Shown here in pieces: positions 1 to 9,252 of a stretch of DNA of 58,574 bases (positions are counted from its first letter, which is position 1; the number at the start of each line of letters is the position of its first letter). Location of the stretch: assembly GCA_902533655.1 (NCBI GenBank), contig CACAMX010000002.1:1-58574 (forward strand), written 5' to 3'. The DNA comes from an uncultured Bacteroidota bacterium (GTDB lineage: Bacteria > Bacteroidota > Bacteroidia > Flavobacteriales > BACL11). A program made the translations under genes and the position numbers. The notes under the pieces are model-generated. The model was not told the DNA's origin. It saw only the letters and a list, made by a program, of their open reading frames with translations, and did not search any database.

Positions 1-21
1 AAAAAAAATATATAAAAATTT

Positions 22-453
22 ATGAAAATAGGAATAGCATGTGATCATGCAGGATTTACTCATAAAGATAATTTAAAAAATTATCTAATACAAAAAGGGT
101 ATTTAGTTCAAGATTTTGGATGTTTTAGTGAAGAAAGTGTTGATTATCCAGATTTTGCTCACGAGCTAGCAAAAAGTGTTTTAAAAAAAAAAAATGATTT
201 AGGAATACAATTTTGTGGAACTGGAAATGGAATAAATATGAGTGCTAATAAACACAAAGGAATCAGATCTGCGCTTTGTTGGAATACTCATATAGCAGAG
301 CAGTCTAGATTACATAACAATGCAAACATTTTGACTATGCCTGCTAGGCACCTAAATTGGAATGAAGTTAAAAATATAGTTGATGTTTTTCTCAAAACAA
401 AATTTGAAGGAGGAAGACATGAAATAAGAGTAAAAAAAATAAATATATTATAA
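22..453 (+). CDS. rpiB: Ribose-5-phosphate isomerase B (RpiB/LacA/LacB family)
   Basis: Motifs IACDHAG, SVDYPD, CGTGNG, ANKHKGIRSA, HNNAN, FEGGRH. Confidence 0.95.
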   Translation: MKIGIACDHAGFTHKDNLKNYLIQKGYLVQDFGCFSEESVDYPDFAHELAKSVLKKKNDLGIQFCGTGNGINMSANKHKGIRSALCWNTHIAEQSRLHNNANILTMPARHLNWNEVKNIVDVFLKTKFEGGRHEIRVKKINIL

Positions 454-1467
454 TTGAGAGTTTTGATTTTTTTCATATTTCCATTAATTTGCTTTAGTCA
501 AAACAATGTAAAATATGCTAACACAATAAATAAAAAAGATTTATATAAACACATATTAGTGTTTTCATCAGATTCATTAGAAGGTAGAGAAACTGGTAAG
601 CTAGGACAAAAAAAAGCTGCAAAATATATAATTGATAATTTTAAAGGGATCAATATACCTCCATATAAAAGAAAAAAGTATACTCAAAAATTTCATGTAA
701 AATCAGATAGACATGTTTGTAAATGTGAGGATTGTGATTTACCATTTATGAAAAGGATTTTAAGAAAGAAAAGAATGGTAAGAGGAGAAAATATATTAGG
801 CTATATTGAAGGGAGCGATTTAAAAGATGAATTAATTATTATAACAGCTCACTATGATCATTTAGGAAAACATGATAGTTTAGTTTTTTATGGAGCAGAC
901 GATAATGCCTCTGGAACAGCAGCAACACTCGAAATTGCAGAAGCTTTTATGATTGCAAAAAATGAAGGAAAAGGACCAAGAAGAAGTGTGCTTATAATGC
1001 CTGTTTCAGGAGAAGAAAAAGGATTGTTAGGAAGTAAACATTATACGGAAAACCCTGTTTATCCTCTTGAAAAAACAGTTGCTAATTTAAACATAGATAT
1101 GATTGGAAGAATTGATGATTGGCATACACATAATAATTATGTTTATTTGATAGGATCAGATAGACTAAGTATAGAGCTTCATGAAATAAGTGAGGAAACA
1201 AATAAAAAGTATATACGTTTAGAACTTGATTATACATATAATGATATTGATGATCCCAATAGATATTATTACAGATCAGATCATTATAATTTTGCAAAAA
1301 ATAACATACCTGTAATATTTTACTTTAATGGAGTACATGAAGATTATCACAAACCCAGCGATACAATAGATAAAATTGATTTAGAAAAAACAGAAAGAAT
1401 TACTAGGTTAATATTCCTAACTGCTTGGGAAATTGCTAATAGAGATAAAAGACCTGCTCTAAATTAA
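454..1467 (+). CDS. M28 family Zn metallopeptidase, exported, no PA domain
   Basis: Signal peptide, EGRETG, TAHYDHLG, GADDNASG, GEEKGLLGS, NIDMIGR, RSDH, YHKPSD; TTG start abutting the rpiB stop. Confidence 0.92.
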   Translation: MRVLIFFIFPLICFSQNNVKYANTINKKDLYKHILVFSSDSLEGRETGKLGQKKAAKYIIDNFKGINIPPYKRKKYTQKFHVKSDRHVCKCEDCDLPFMKRILRKKRMVRGENILGYIEGSDLKDELIIITAHYDHLGKHDSLVFYGADDNASGTAATLEIAEAFMIAKNEGKGPRRSVLIMPVSGEEKGLLGSKHYTENPVYPLEKTVANLNIDMIGRIDDWHTHNNYVYLIGSDRLSIELHEISEETNKKYIRLELDYTYNDIDDPNRYYYRSDHYNFAKNNIPVIFYFNGVHEDYHKPSDTIDKIDLEKTERITRLIFLTAWEIANRDKRPALN

Positions 1468-1474
1468 ATTAAGA

Positions 1475-3007
1475 TTATAAATCAAATTTTATTCCTTGAG
1501 CAAGTGGAAGATCAGATGAATAGTTAATAGTGTTGGTTTGTCTTCTCATGTAAATTTTCCAAGCATCTGAACCGCTTTCTCTTCCTCCACCAGTTTCTTT
1601 TTCACCACCAAATGCACCACCAATCTCTGCTCCAGAAGTGCCTATATTAACATTTGCTATTCCACAATCACTCCCATCCGCCGCAAGAAAAAGCTCAGCT
1701 TCCTTTAGATTAGAAGTCATTATTGCTGATGAAAGTCCCTGTTTTACATTGTTTTGCATTTTAATGGCCTCCTCAATATCATTGTACTTTATTAAATACA
1801 AAATAGGAGCAAATGTCTCTTCTTGTACGATATTATAACTGTTTTCTCCTTCAATTATTACTGGCTTAACATAACAACCACTTTCATACCCCTCACCTTC
1901 AATAACTCCTCCTTCTACAACAATTTTTCCACCCTCTTTTTTTGCTCTTTCGATCGCATTGAGGTATGCATTAACAGCATCAATATCAATTAAAGGACCA
2001 ACATGATTAGACTCATCCAATGGGTTACCTATCTTTATCTGATTATATGCTGATGAGAGCTTATTTTTTACATCCTCATAAATAGATTCATGAACAATGA
2101 GTCTCCTTGTCGTTGTACATCTTTGGCCACAAGTTCCTACTGCACCAAATAAAGAACCGATTATTGTTATTTTTAAATCAGCATTTGGAGTTACAATAAT
2201 TGCATTATTTCCACCGAGTTCTAACAAACTTTTCCCAAATCTTTTTGCCACAGTTGAACCAACAATTCTTCCCATACGAGTAGAGCCTGTTGCAGATATT
2301 AGAGGCACACGCTCATCATTAGTTAAATATTCACCAACTTCATAATCTCCAGACACTAAGCAAGAAATTCCTTCAGGTAAATCGTTTTCTTTGGCTACAT
2401 CAGCCCATAAATTTTGACAAGCAATACCACATAGAGGAGTTTTTTCAGAAGGTTTCCAAACGCATACATCCCCACAAACCCACGCTAGAGCTGTATTCCA
2501 GTTCCAAACAGCAACAGGAAAGTTAAAAGCTGAGATTATTCCAACAACACCAAGTGGATGATATTGTTCATACATTCTGTGTTTAGGCCTTTCAGAATGC
2601 ATTGTTAACCCGTTTAGTTGTCTTGATAGCCCAACAGCAAAATCACAAATGTCAATCATTTCTTGCACCTCTCCTAACCCTTCCTGTAACGACTTCCCCA
2701 TTTCATATGAAACCAATTCACCTAAAAATTTTTTATTTTTTCTAAGTTTCTCACCAAATTTTCTTACAATCTCTCCTCTTTTTGGAGCAGGATATTTTCG
2801 CCAAAACTTAAAGGCGTCCTGTGCGACTAAAATGACTTTGTGATAGTCGCTCTTAGTTGTAGATGTGACAGAGCCAATAAACTCACCGTTCACAGGTGAA
2901 TAAGAGTCAATTTTTGGCCCATTACCAAAAAAGGTGTTTCCCGTGGAGGTTCCCATATTATCTTTAGAGATATTTAGTTTATTAAGAGTTTTTTTAATAT
3001 TTATCAT
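1475..3007 (-). CDS. amaB: Aldehyde dehydrogenase family 7 (piperideine-6-carboxylate / alpha-aminoadipate semialdehyde dehydrogenase)
   Basis: GEVQEMIDICDFAVGLSRQL, SAFNFP, LELGGNNA, GQRCTT (catalytic Cys), GAEIGGAFGGEKETGGGRESGSD, LPLAQGIKF are typical of ALDH7. Confidence 0.92.
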   Translation of the reverse strand: MINIKKTLNKLNISKDNMGTSTGNTFFGNGPKIDSYSPVNGEFIGSVTSTTKSDYHKVILVAQDAFKFWRKYPAPKRGEIVRKFGEKLRKNKKFLGELVSYEMGKSLQEGLGEVQEMIDICDFAVGLSRQLNGLTMHSERPKHRMYEQYHPLGVVGIISAFNFPVAVWNWNTALAWVCGDVCVWKPSEKTPLCGIACQNLWADVAKENDLPEGISCLVSGDYEVGEYLTNDERVPLISATGSTRMGRIVGSTVAKRFGKSLLELGGNNAIIVTPNADLKITIIGSLFGAVGTCGQRCTTTRRLIVHESIYEDVKNKLSSAYNQIKIGNPLDESNHVGPLIDIDAVNAYLNAIERAKKEGGKIVVEGGVIEGEGYESGCYVKPVIIEGENSYNIVQEETFAPILYLIKYNDIEEAIKMQNNVKQGLSSAIMTSNLKEAELFLAADGSDCGIANVNIGTSGAEIGGAFGGEKETGGGRESGSDAWKIYMRRQTNTINYSSDLPLAQGIKFDL

Positions 3008-3022
3008 GCGGTTTTATAAAAA

Positions 3023-4342
3023 TTATTTATCATTTTCGGTTATGACTGTTTCTTCTTCAGAAATATCGTTGGTTATATCTTCATTTAGTAAGTCATTTTC
3101 AGCCTCGAACTTTGTTTCAGTACCATCTAAACCATTAGGCGCTAATTCTAACTCGCTTGATTTCTTTTTTTGTCTTATAAGTGACCAACTCATAACTAAG
3201 CAAGTCGCAATAATAATAAAAAGGAGATACGGTTCAAATTCTAAGCCACTCTTAAAGTGAGGAGGGATTTTGTAAAATAACAAAACACTAATTAAACCTC
3301 TAGGAGCTAAATATAGTTGTGGTACTATTTTTTTTCCCGAAACCGAGAAAAGAATAACAGCTCTACTTAAATAAATAATTACTAATAATGCAAAGCCAAT
3401 TAAAATTACCTTTAGGTTAAAAACAGAAATTAAAGAAACACTCCAGCCAAAAATTATAAAAAAGAAGGTTCTTACAACAAAAGCGGATTCGGCTGTAATA
3501 ACCTTGAAGTCTGCTAAAACATGATCCATTTGTTCACGTTTTATTAGTTTTGATAAACCACCTTTAAAAAACGAGGAGTAGTTGTTTAATATCACACCAA
3601 ACATTAATATTATTATCAGCGGAGAAAGGTGGAAAATTTTACCAACAGCATATAGTAAAAGTAAAACAGAGATCAGTAAAAAGAGTTTAGCGTGGCCTTT
3701 TAAGTTTTGAAAAATATAAATTAAAACATAACTAATTATCACTGCAAAAAACACTGTGAGTAATAAGTTTCCTGCAACTTCACCATAAACGCCAGATTTT
3801 GAATCACTTTCTGCAAGAGAGAGGACACTGTAAAAGGCAACGATACCTAAGATGTCAGAGAATGTGCTTTCATATATCATAAACTCTTTTTTATATTCAG
3901 ATAAGCCTTCTAAGCTGGGGATAATAATTGCAGAACTCAATACAGACAGGGGAATCGTAAAAAGCAAAGAGGTTTCGAAATCAAGAACAAATAACTTTTG
4001 TAAAACAACAGCCCCTAAATAAGCAGTTACTCCAAGGCCTAACAAAGCAGCTACAAAAGACTTAATGATTAAACCAACCTTGTTTTTAACAAGCTCTAAA
4101 TCTAATGCGGCCTCTAACACAATTAAAATTAGTCCGACCACACCAAGAATTTCTAGTATTGGGCCAAGATTTGGCTTGTCATAGTTCATCATATTCAGAC
4201 CAAAATTTACAACCATGCCTAAGAGAATTAACATTAAGACAGAAGGAACTCCTGACCGACTAGAAATAAGATTAAAAAAATAAGAAAGAATAATCGTTAA
4301 AGAGAATATAATGATCAGTCCATATGAGCTTAGGTTTTCCAT
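3023..4342 (-). CDS. Cation:proton (Na+/H+) antiporter, CPA family
   Basis: About 12 hydrophobic segments, SSAIIIPS, YESTFSDILG, APRGLIS; acidic C-terminal tail. Confidence 0.85.
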   Translation of the reverse strand: MENLSSYGLIIIFSLTIILSYFFNLISSRSGVPSVLMLILLGMVVNFGLNMMNYDKPNLGPILEILGVVGLILIVLEAALDLELVKNKVGLIIKSFVAALLGLGVTAYLGAVVLQKLFVLDFETSLLFTIPLSVLSSAIIIPSLEGLSEYKKEFMIYESTFSDILGIVAFYSVLSLAESDSKSGVYGEVAGNLLLTVFFAVIISYVLIYIFQNLKGHAKLFLLISVLLLLYAVGKIFHLSPLIIILMFGVILNNYSSFFKGGLSKLIKREQMDHVLADFKVITAESAFVVRTFFFIIFGWSVSLISVFNLKVILIGFALLVIIYLSRAVILFSVSGKKIVPQLYLAPRGLISVLLFYKIPPHFKSGLEFEPYLLFIIIATCLVMSWSLIRQKKKSSELELAPNGLDGTETKFEAENDLLNEDITNDISEEETVITENDK

Positions 4343-5682
4343 TAGAATAAAAGTCTTGCTATGTCGTTGCCGTTTGCAAAAACCAACAAACTAAATAAAA
4401 TAACCATTCCAACAACTTGAGCATACTCCATCACTTTTTCAGGCGCAGGTTTTCCAACAACTATTTCGTACAACAAGAAAACCACATGACCCCCATCTAA
4501 TGCGGGAATGGGAAGTAAATTCATGAAGGCTAACATTAAAGATAAAAAAGCAGTTAGGTTCCAAAAGACTTCCCAATCCCAGACAGCAGGAAACAAGTTT
4601 CCTATTGCGCCAAAACCACCCAGCCCCTTGTATGCACCTGTACTTGGCTTTAGTATTAATTTGAATTGATCAACATAACTTCCTAGCTTGCTTTTGGCCT
4701 TTTTGTAACCCGCTGGTATTGATTCAAAAAAGGAATAATTAGCGGTTTCTAAATTATATATACCCATTTCTGAAAGCTGGCTAATAGAGGGAATTAAAGC
4801 TTGATAACCTATTTTCCCTTCACCATCAACAACAACAGTTATTGATTCAACGCCTGCTTCTCTTTTAATAGTTAATGAAACAGACTGTTCTTTATATTTA
4901 TCTAATGCTCTTTTCAGTTCATCAAAAAAAAGAATTTCAGTGTTGTTTATAGCAATAATTTTATCACCACTTAACAAACCTGCCTTTTCGGCGCTAGAGC
5001 CTTTTAGAACCTCTTTTACAACAGCAGGAATTCTTGGATAAAACATCATTGACGGCTGGTTTTCAATTAATTGTTTTGCGAAGTCTTTGGGCAAAGAAAT
5101 TTTAATTAATGAACCTCCTCGATCAATTAGAACCTCATTCCCTAATAGTAAGCCTTCTAAAATTGAGGAAAACCTCTTAGGCTTTTTGTTGTCAATCGAA
5201 ATAATTTTATCACCATTCTCAAAACCAAGAGAATATGCCATTTCGTCAACACACCAAACTCCATTATTTAAACTTTGGTTTGGGAGATATTTGTCTCCAT
5301 ATGCATATAAAGTCATAGAATAAATAAAAATACCAAGCAAAAAATTTACAACCACACCACCTAACATTATAATAAGTCTTTGCCAGGCTGGTTTTGAGCG
5401 GAACTCCCAGCTTTCAGGGGTTTTTTTCATTTGGTCTTTGTCCATAGACTCGTCAATCATACCTGCTATTTTTACATAGCCACCAAGAGGAAGCCAACCG
5501 ATTCCGTATTCAGTCTCTCCAACCTTCTTTTTGAAAACTGAAAACCAAGGGTCAAAGAAAAGATAGAACTTTTCAACTTTAGTTTTAAAATATTTGGCAG
5601 GCAAAAAGTGACCTAGCTCATGCAGAACAACTAGTATTGATAAACTTAGTAATAATTGTGAGGCTTTAATTAAAAATATCAT
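4342..5682 (-). CDS. rseP: RIP metalloprotease RseP (M50 with PDZ)
   Basis: HELGH zinc motif, LPLGGYVKIAG, NLLPIPALDGG; follows dxr. Confidence 0.95.
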   Translation of the reverse strand: MIFLIKASQLLLSLSILVVLHELGHFLPAKYFKTKVEKFYLFFDPWFSVFKKKVGETEYGIGWLPLGGYVKIAGMIDESMDKDQMKKTPESWEFRSKPAWQRLIIMLGGVVVNFLLGIFIYSMTLYAYGDKYLPNQSLNNGVWCVDEMAYSLGFENGDKIISIDNKKPKRFSSILEGLLLGNEVLIDRGGSLIKISLPKDFAKQLIENQPSMMFYPRIPAVVKEVLKGSSAEKAGLLSGDKIIAINNTEILFFDELKRALDKYKEQSVSLTIKREAGVESITVVVDGEGKIGYQALIPSISQLSEMGIYNLETANYSFFESIPAGYKKAKSKLGSYVDQFKLILKPSTGAYKGLGGFGAIGNLFPAVWDWEVFWNLTAFLSLMLAFMNLLPIPALDGGHVVFLLYEIVVGKPAPEKVMEYAQVVGMVILFSLLVFANGNDIARLLF

Positions 5683-6839
5683 TTAATAAGGCTTTTTGCT
5701 AAAAATCTAGTTTCCTGATCAATATCAATTAAAGACTTAAGATCAGGATTTTTTACAAAGTTAATTTTTTCCATACAAATTTCAATGATATCGGACATCT
5801 TTAAAAAACTAATTCTTTCTTCCAAAAAAGCCTGAACAACAACTTCATTAGCAGCGTTTAAAACACAAGGAACGCTTCCCCCTTTATTTGCTGCAACAAA
5901 AGCAAGAGATAAGTTCTTAAAAGTTTTGTAGTCGGGTTCTTCAAAAGAAAGAGTCGGGTATTCTAAGAAGTCAAACCTTTTTAAGTTCAATGGCTGTCTT
6001 TCTGGAAAGGATAAAGCATAGTTTATAGGAAGTTTCATGTCAGGATATCCGAGTTGAGCGACTATAGAGCCGTCAATAAAGCGAACAGCAGAATGGATAA
6101 TCGACTGTTTATGAACAACTACTTCTATATTTTTAGCGCTAATGTCAAACAGCCACATTGCTTCTATTACCTCTAACCCTTTGTTCATTAAAGAAGCAGA
6201 GTCAATTGTAATCTTTGCTCCCATTTGCCAGTTAGGGTGATTTAAAGCGTCATTTACTTGTATATTTTTTAACCCACCTCTTTTTTTTCCAACGAAAGGC
6301 CCTCCTGAAGCGGTCAATATTAAAGAGTCAATATGACTCTGGGGCTCCCCTTGAAGACATTGAAAAATAGCTGAGTGTTCAGAGTCAACAGGAATAATTG
6401 AAACACCCTGTTTCTTACACAAGGTCATTATTAGTTCACCAGCAACAACCAGGGTTTCTTTATTAGCCAATGCAATTTTTTTACCACGCTTAATAGCATT
6501 AATAGTTGGTTTTAATCCGCTAAAACCAACAAGGGCTGTTAAAACAATATCAGTCGTTTCGGTTTCAACAATTTTTTCAAGAGACGAAACCCCACTGTAG
6601 ACAGATATTCCTAAACCTCTGAGTTGTTTTTTTATTTCCTCAGCGTAAATTTTATTGGCTATCACGACACTTTTTGGTCTGTGTTTTATAGCCTGTTGTA
6701 TCAAAAGCTTAAAATTGTTGTTTGCAGTTAAAAAGTCTACCGAATAGTCTACCGTTTCACATTCGCCAATAACTTGTAGCGCTTGTGTTCCAATCGAGCC
6801 AGTTGATCCAAGAATGCCTATGTTAACCTTTTTTTTCAT
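5679..6839 (-). CDS. dxr: 1-deoxy-D-xylulose-5-phosphate reductoisomerase
   Basis: GSTGSIG, ALANKE, PVDSEHSA, TASGGPF, HPNWQMGAKITIDSA, NKGLEVIEA. Confidence 0.97.
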   Translation of the reverse strand: MKKKVNIGILGSTGSIGTQALQVIGECETVDYSVDFLTANNNFKLLIQQAIKHRPKSVVIANKIYAEEIKKQLRGLGISVYSGVSSLEKIVETETTDIVLTALVGFSGLKPTINAIKRGKKIALANKETLVVAGELIMTLCKKQGVSIIPVDSEHSAIFQCLQGEPQSHIDSLILTASGGPFVGKKRGGLKNIQVNDALNHPNWQMGAKITIDSASLMNKGLEVIEAMWLFDISAKNIEVVVHKQSIIHSAVRFIDGSIVAQLGYPDMKLPINYALSFPERQPLNLKRFDFLEYPTLSFEEPDYKTFKNLSLAFVAANKGGSVPCVLNAANEVVVQAFLEERISFLKMSDIIEICMEKINFVKNPDLKSLIDIDQETRFLAKSLIK

Positions 6840-8322
6840 AATTTAACAAACTGTCAGCAACACTTCTTTCGTTTGAAAGTCTTGGCACTTTATTTTGCCC
6901 ACCAAGCTTACCAACACTTTTCATGTGTTGAGCGAATCCTCCTTTTTCGATAACTCTAATTTTTAAACTATCTAAAACACCACCCTTCACTAGGTCACAG
7001 TAATAAGAATTAATTTTCTGCATTTTTTTATCAATCTCATTTGCAAAACTAATCAAAGATTCTGGTTCTTTGTCAAACTCAACTAACCATTCGTGGTGCG
7101 GACCACCTTTTTTTGGAGAAACTACTGGTGCGACATGAAATTCATTTACTCTACAACTGAATAGCTTGCTCGCATCTGAAAGAGCACCCTCAACTTCGCT
7201 TCCAATTACATGTTCTCCAAAAGCTGAGGTAAAGTGTTTAATTCTGCCGGTTACTATTAGTTTGTAGGGATTTGAACTTACAAACATTACGGTATCTCCA
7301 ATGTTATACCCCCAAAGCCCTGAGTTTGTGTTGAGAATTATAACATAGTTTGTGTTTAAAGAGACATCATCTAAACAAACCCTTTTGGGCTTTTTGTCAA
7401 AGAAAGTGCTTGCTTCAACGAATTCATAAAAAACACCATGGTTTACACAAAGTAAAAGACCCTCATCTTTTTGTGAGTTTTGATAAGCTATAAAGGCCTC
7501 AGAAGCAGGAAATAATTCTACTGACGAGACTCTTTTACCAATTATTGACTCCATGCTGTCTCGGTAAGGCTCATAATTAACACCGCCATATATATACAAG
7601 GAAAAGCCGTTAAACAAATCTTTTATCTTCTTGTTGCTTTTTTTCGATAGCCTTTCAAAATACATCTGAACCCAAGGGGGAATGCCTCCAATTATGCTCA
7701 TAGGCTGATTTATGGTTTCATCCACAATAGCATCAAGCTTATCTTCCCAACTTTCAATGCAGTTAGTGCCAAAGCTTGGCAGTCTGTTTTTTTGTAAGTA
7801 TTTAGGAATATGATGCGCGGTTATTCCCGAAAGCCGACCGGTTAAGACCCCATTTATATTTTCTAACTTAGGACTACCTTGTAGAAAAATCATTTTTCCA
7901 TTAACAACAGAGGTTTTTTTTGTTTCATATATGAAAGAGAGAATTGCATCGCGAGCAGCTTTAATGTGAAAAGGAAGCGCTTCCTTTGTTAAGGGGATAT
8001 ATTTGGTTCCTGAAGTTGTTCCAGAAGTTTTGCAAAAGTACATAGGCTTTCCAGGCCACAAGACATCTTTCTTACCATCTACAACTAAATCAACATATTT
8101 TTTAAGGCCTTCATAATCTCTAATAGGCACATTTTTTTTCCAGTCTTCATATGTTTTTATATTCTTAAAACCATGATCAACCCCGAAAGTTGTTTTTTTT
8201 GCTCTTTCGATTAGTTTATAAAAAGTCTTTTTTTGAAACCTAAGAGGGTTATTTATCCATCGATCATTTCTTAATTTTATAAAGTATGCAAAAGGGTACG
8301 CAAGAAAGCTTTTTAAACTCAT
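6823..8322 (-). CDS. GH3 auxin-responsive family acyl-acid amido synthetase-like protein
   Basis: TSGTTSGTKYIP P-loop, FPASEA, GYNIGD, AFGEHVI, GKLGGQNKVPRL. Confidence 0.92.
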   Translation of the reverse strand: MSLKSFLAYPFAYFIKLRNDRWINNPLRFQKKTFYKLIERAKKTTFGVDHGFKNIKTYEDWKKNVPIRDYEGLKKYVDLVVDGKKDVLWPGKPMYFCKTSGTTSGTKYIPLTKEALPFHIKAARDAILSFIYETKKTSVVNGKMIFLQGSPKLENINGVLTGRLSGITAHHIPKYLQKNRLPSFGTNCIESWEDKLDAIVDETINQPMSIIGGIPPWVQMYFERLSKKSNKKIKDLFNGFSLYIYGGVNYEPYRDSMESIIGKRVSSVELFPASEAFIAYQNSQKDEGLLLCVNHGVFYEFVEASTFFDKKPKRVCLDDVSLNTNYVIILNTNSGLWGYNIGDTVMFVSSNPYKLIVTGRIKHFTSAFGEHVIGSEVEGALSDASKLFSCRVNEFHVAPVVSPKKGGPHHEWLVEFDKEPESLISFANEIDKKMQKINSYYCDLVKGGVLDSLKIRVIEKGGFAQHMKSVGKLGGQNKVPRLSNERSVADSLLNYEKKG

Positions 8323-9147
8323 TTAAAATAAAATATATTTCATGGGGTTTACAGGTGAAGAGCCTTTCCAAAGCTCAAAATGTAAGTGGGGCCCTGTAGA
8401 ATATTTTCCGGAATTTCCAATAATAGCGATAGTTTCTCCAGCCTTTACATAATCCCCTTTTGATTTAAAAACCTCAGAATTGTGTTTGTAAAGTGAGGTA
8501 AAGCTGTTCTGGTGTTTGATAATAAGAACATAGCCAAACTCGTGAGACCATGAGCTAAATAATACAAACCCATCATCAATTGAAGAAATTAAAGCGTCTT
8601 TTTTTGAAACAACGTCAACACCAAAATGCCTAATATTTTTGTTAAAGTGTTCAGTAATCACTCCGTTAACCGGCTTTATAAACAGTGCGGTTGGGTCTTT
8701 TCTCTCAAAATTAGAAGCCAGACTTATACTTTCTTCCGCTTCAACTTCTGCCCTTAAGTTTGAATCCTCAACAGACGGGTTAAAATCAAATTCAGCGAAT
8801 TCAAACTTATGATTAAAAAGATTTTGCACGCTATCAACAGAAACACTGTCTGAAAGAACCTTTTTAAGGTTTTTTGTGAAAAGACTGTAGTTACCAATAC
8901 TTTTTTCAAGAGAATCAGCTTTTTCTAACATTAGTATTAACTCATTTTGAACATGCGACTTAGATTTTCCGGGCACCAAGTTTCTTAATGGGGTATAGCC
9001 CAATAGCAAAACTAAAACAGTAGAAGATAATGAAAAAACAACTAAAAAAACCCATAAAAGGTTTTTTTTAGAAAAGTTAACACTAAAAATCTCTTCTAAA
9101 CTATTGTTGTTTATTATTGTAAAGCGAAGCAAGTTATTATTTTTCAT
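8323..9147 (-). CDS. M23 family peptidoglycan metallopeptidase with N-terminal TM
   Basis: HFGVD, YKHNS, STGPHLHFE. Confidence 0.9.
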   Translation of the reverse strand: MKNNNLLRFTIINNNSLEEIFSVNFSKKNLLWVFLVVFSLSSTVLVLLLGYTPLRNLVPGKSKSHVQNELILMLEKADSLEKSIGNYSLFTKNLKKVLSDSVSVDSVQNLFNHKFEFAEFDFNPSVEDSNLRAEVEAEESISLASNFERKDPTALFIKPVNGVITEHFNKNIRHFGVDVVSKKDALISSIDDGFVLFSSWSHEFGYVLIIKHQNSFTSLYKHNSEVFKSKGDYVKAGETIAIIGNSGKYSTGPHLHFELWKGSSPVNPMKYILF

Positions 9148-9212
9148 CAGGTTATAATCCAGTATATATTATCAGCAAATATCATAAAATATATATATAT
9201 CCAATTTTAAGA

Positions 9213-9220
9213 TAAATTTG
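9213..9220 (+). promoter_or_regulatory. Bacteroidota sigma-A -7 element (TAAATTTG) for sprE
   Basis: Exact TAnnTTTG match in the divergent intergenic gap, 32 nt before the ATG. Confidence 0.6.
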
Positions 9221-9252
9221 CAATAAAAAAACTTTTTAAAAGTTATTGGTTT

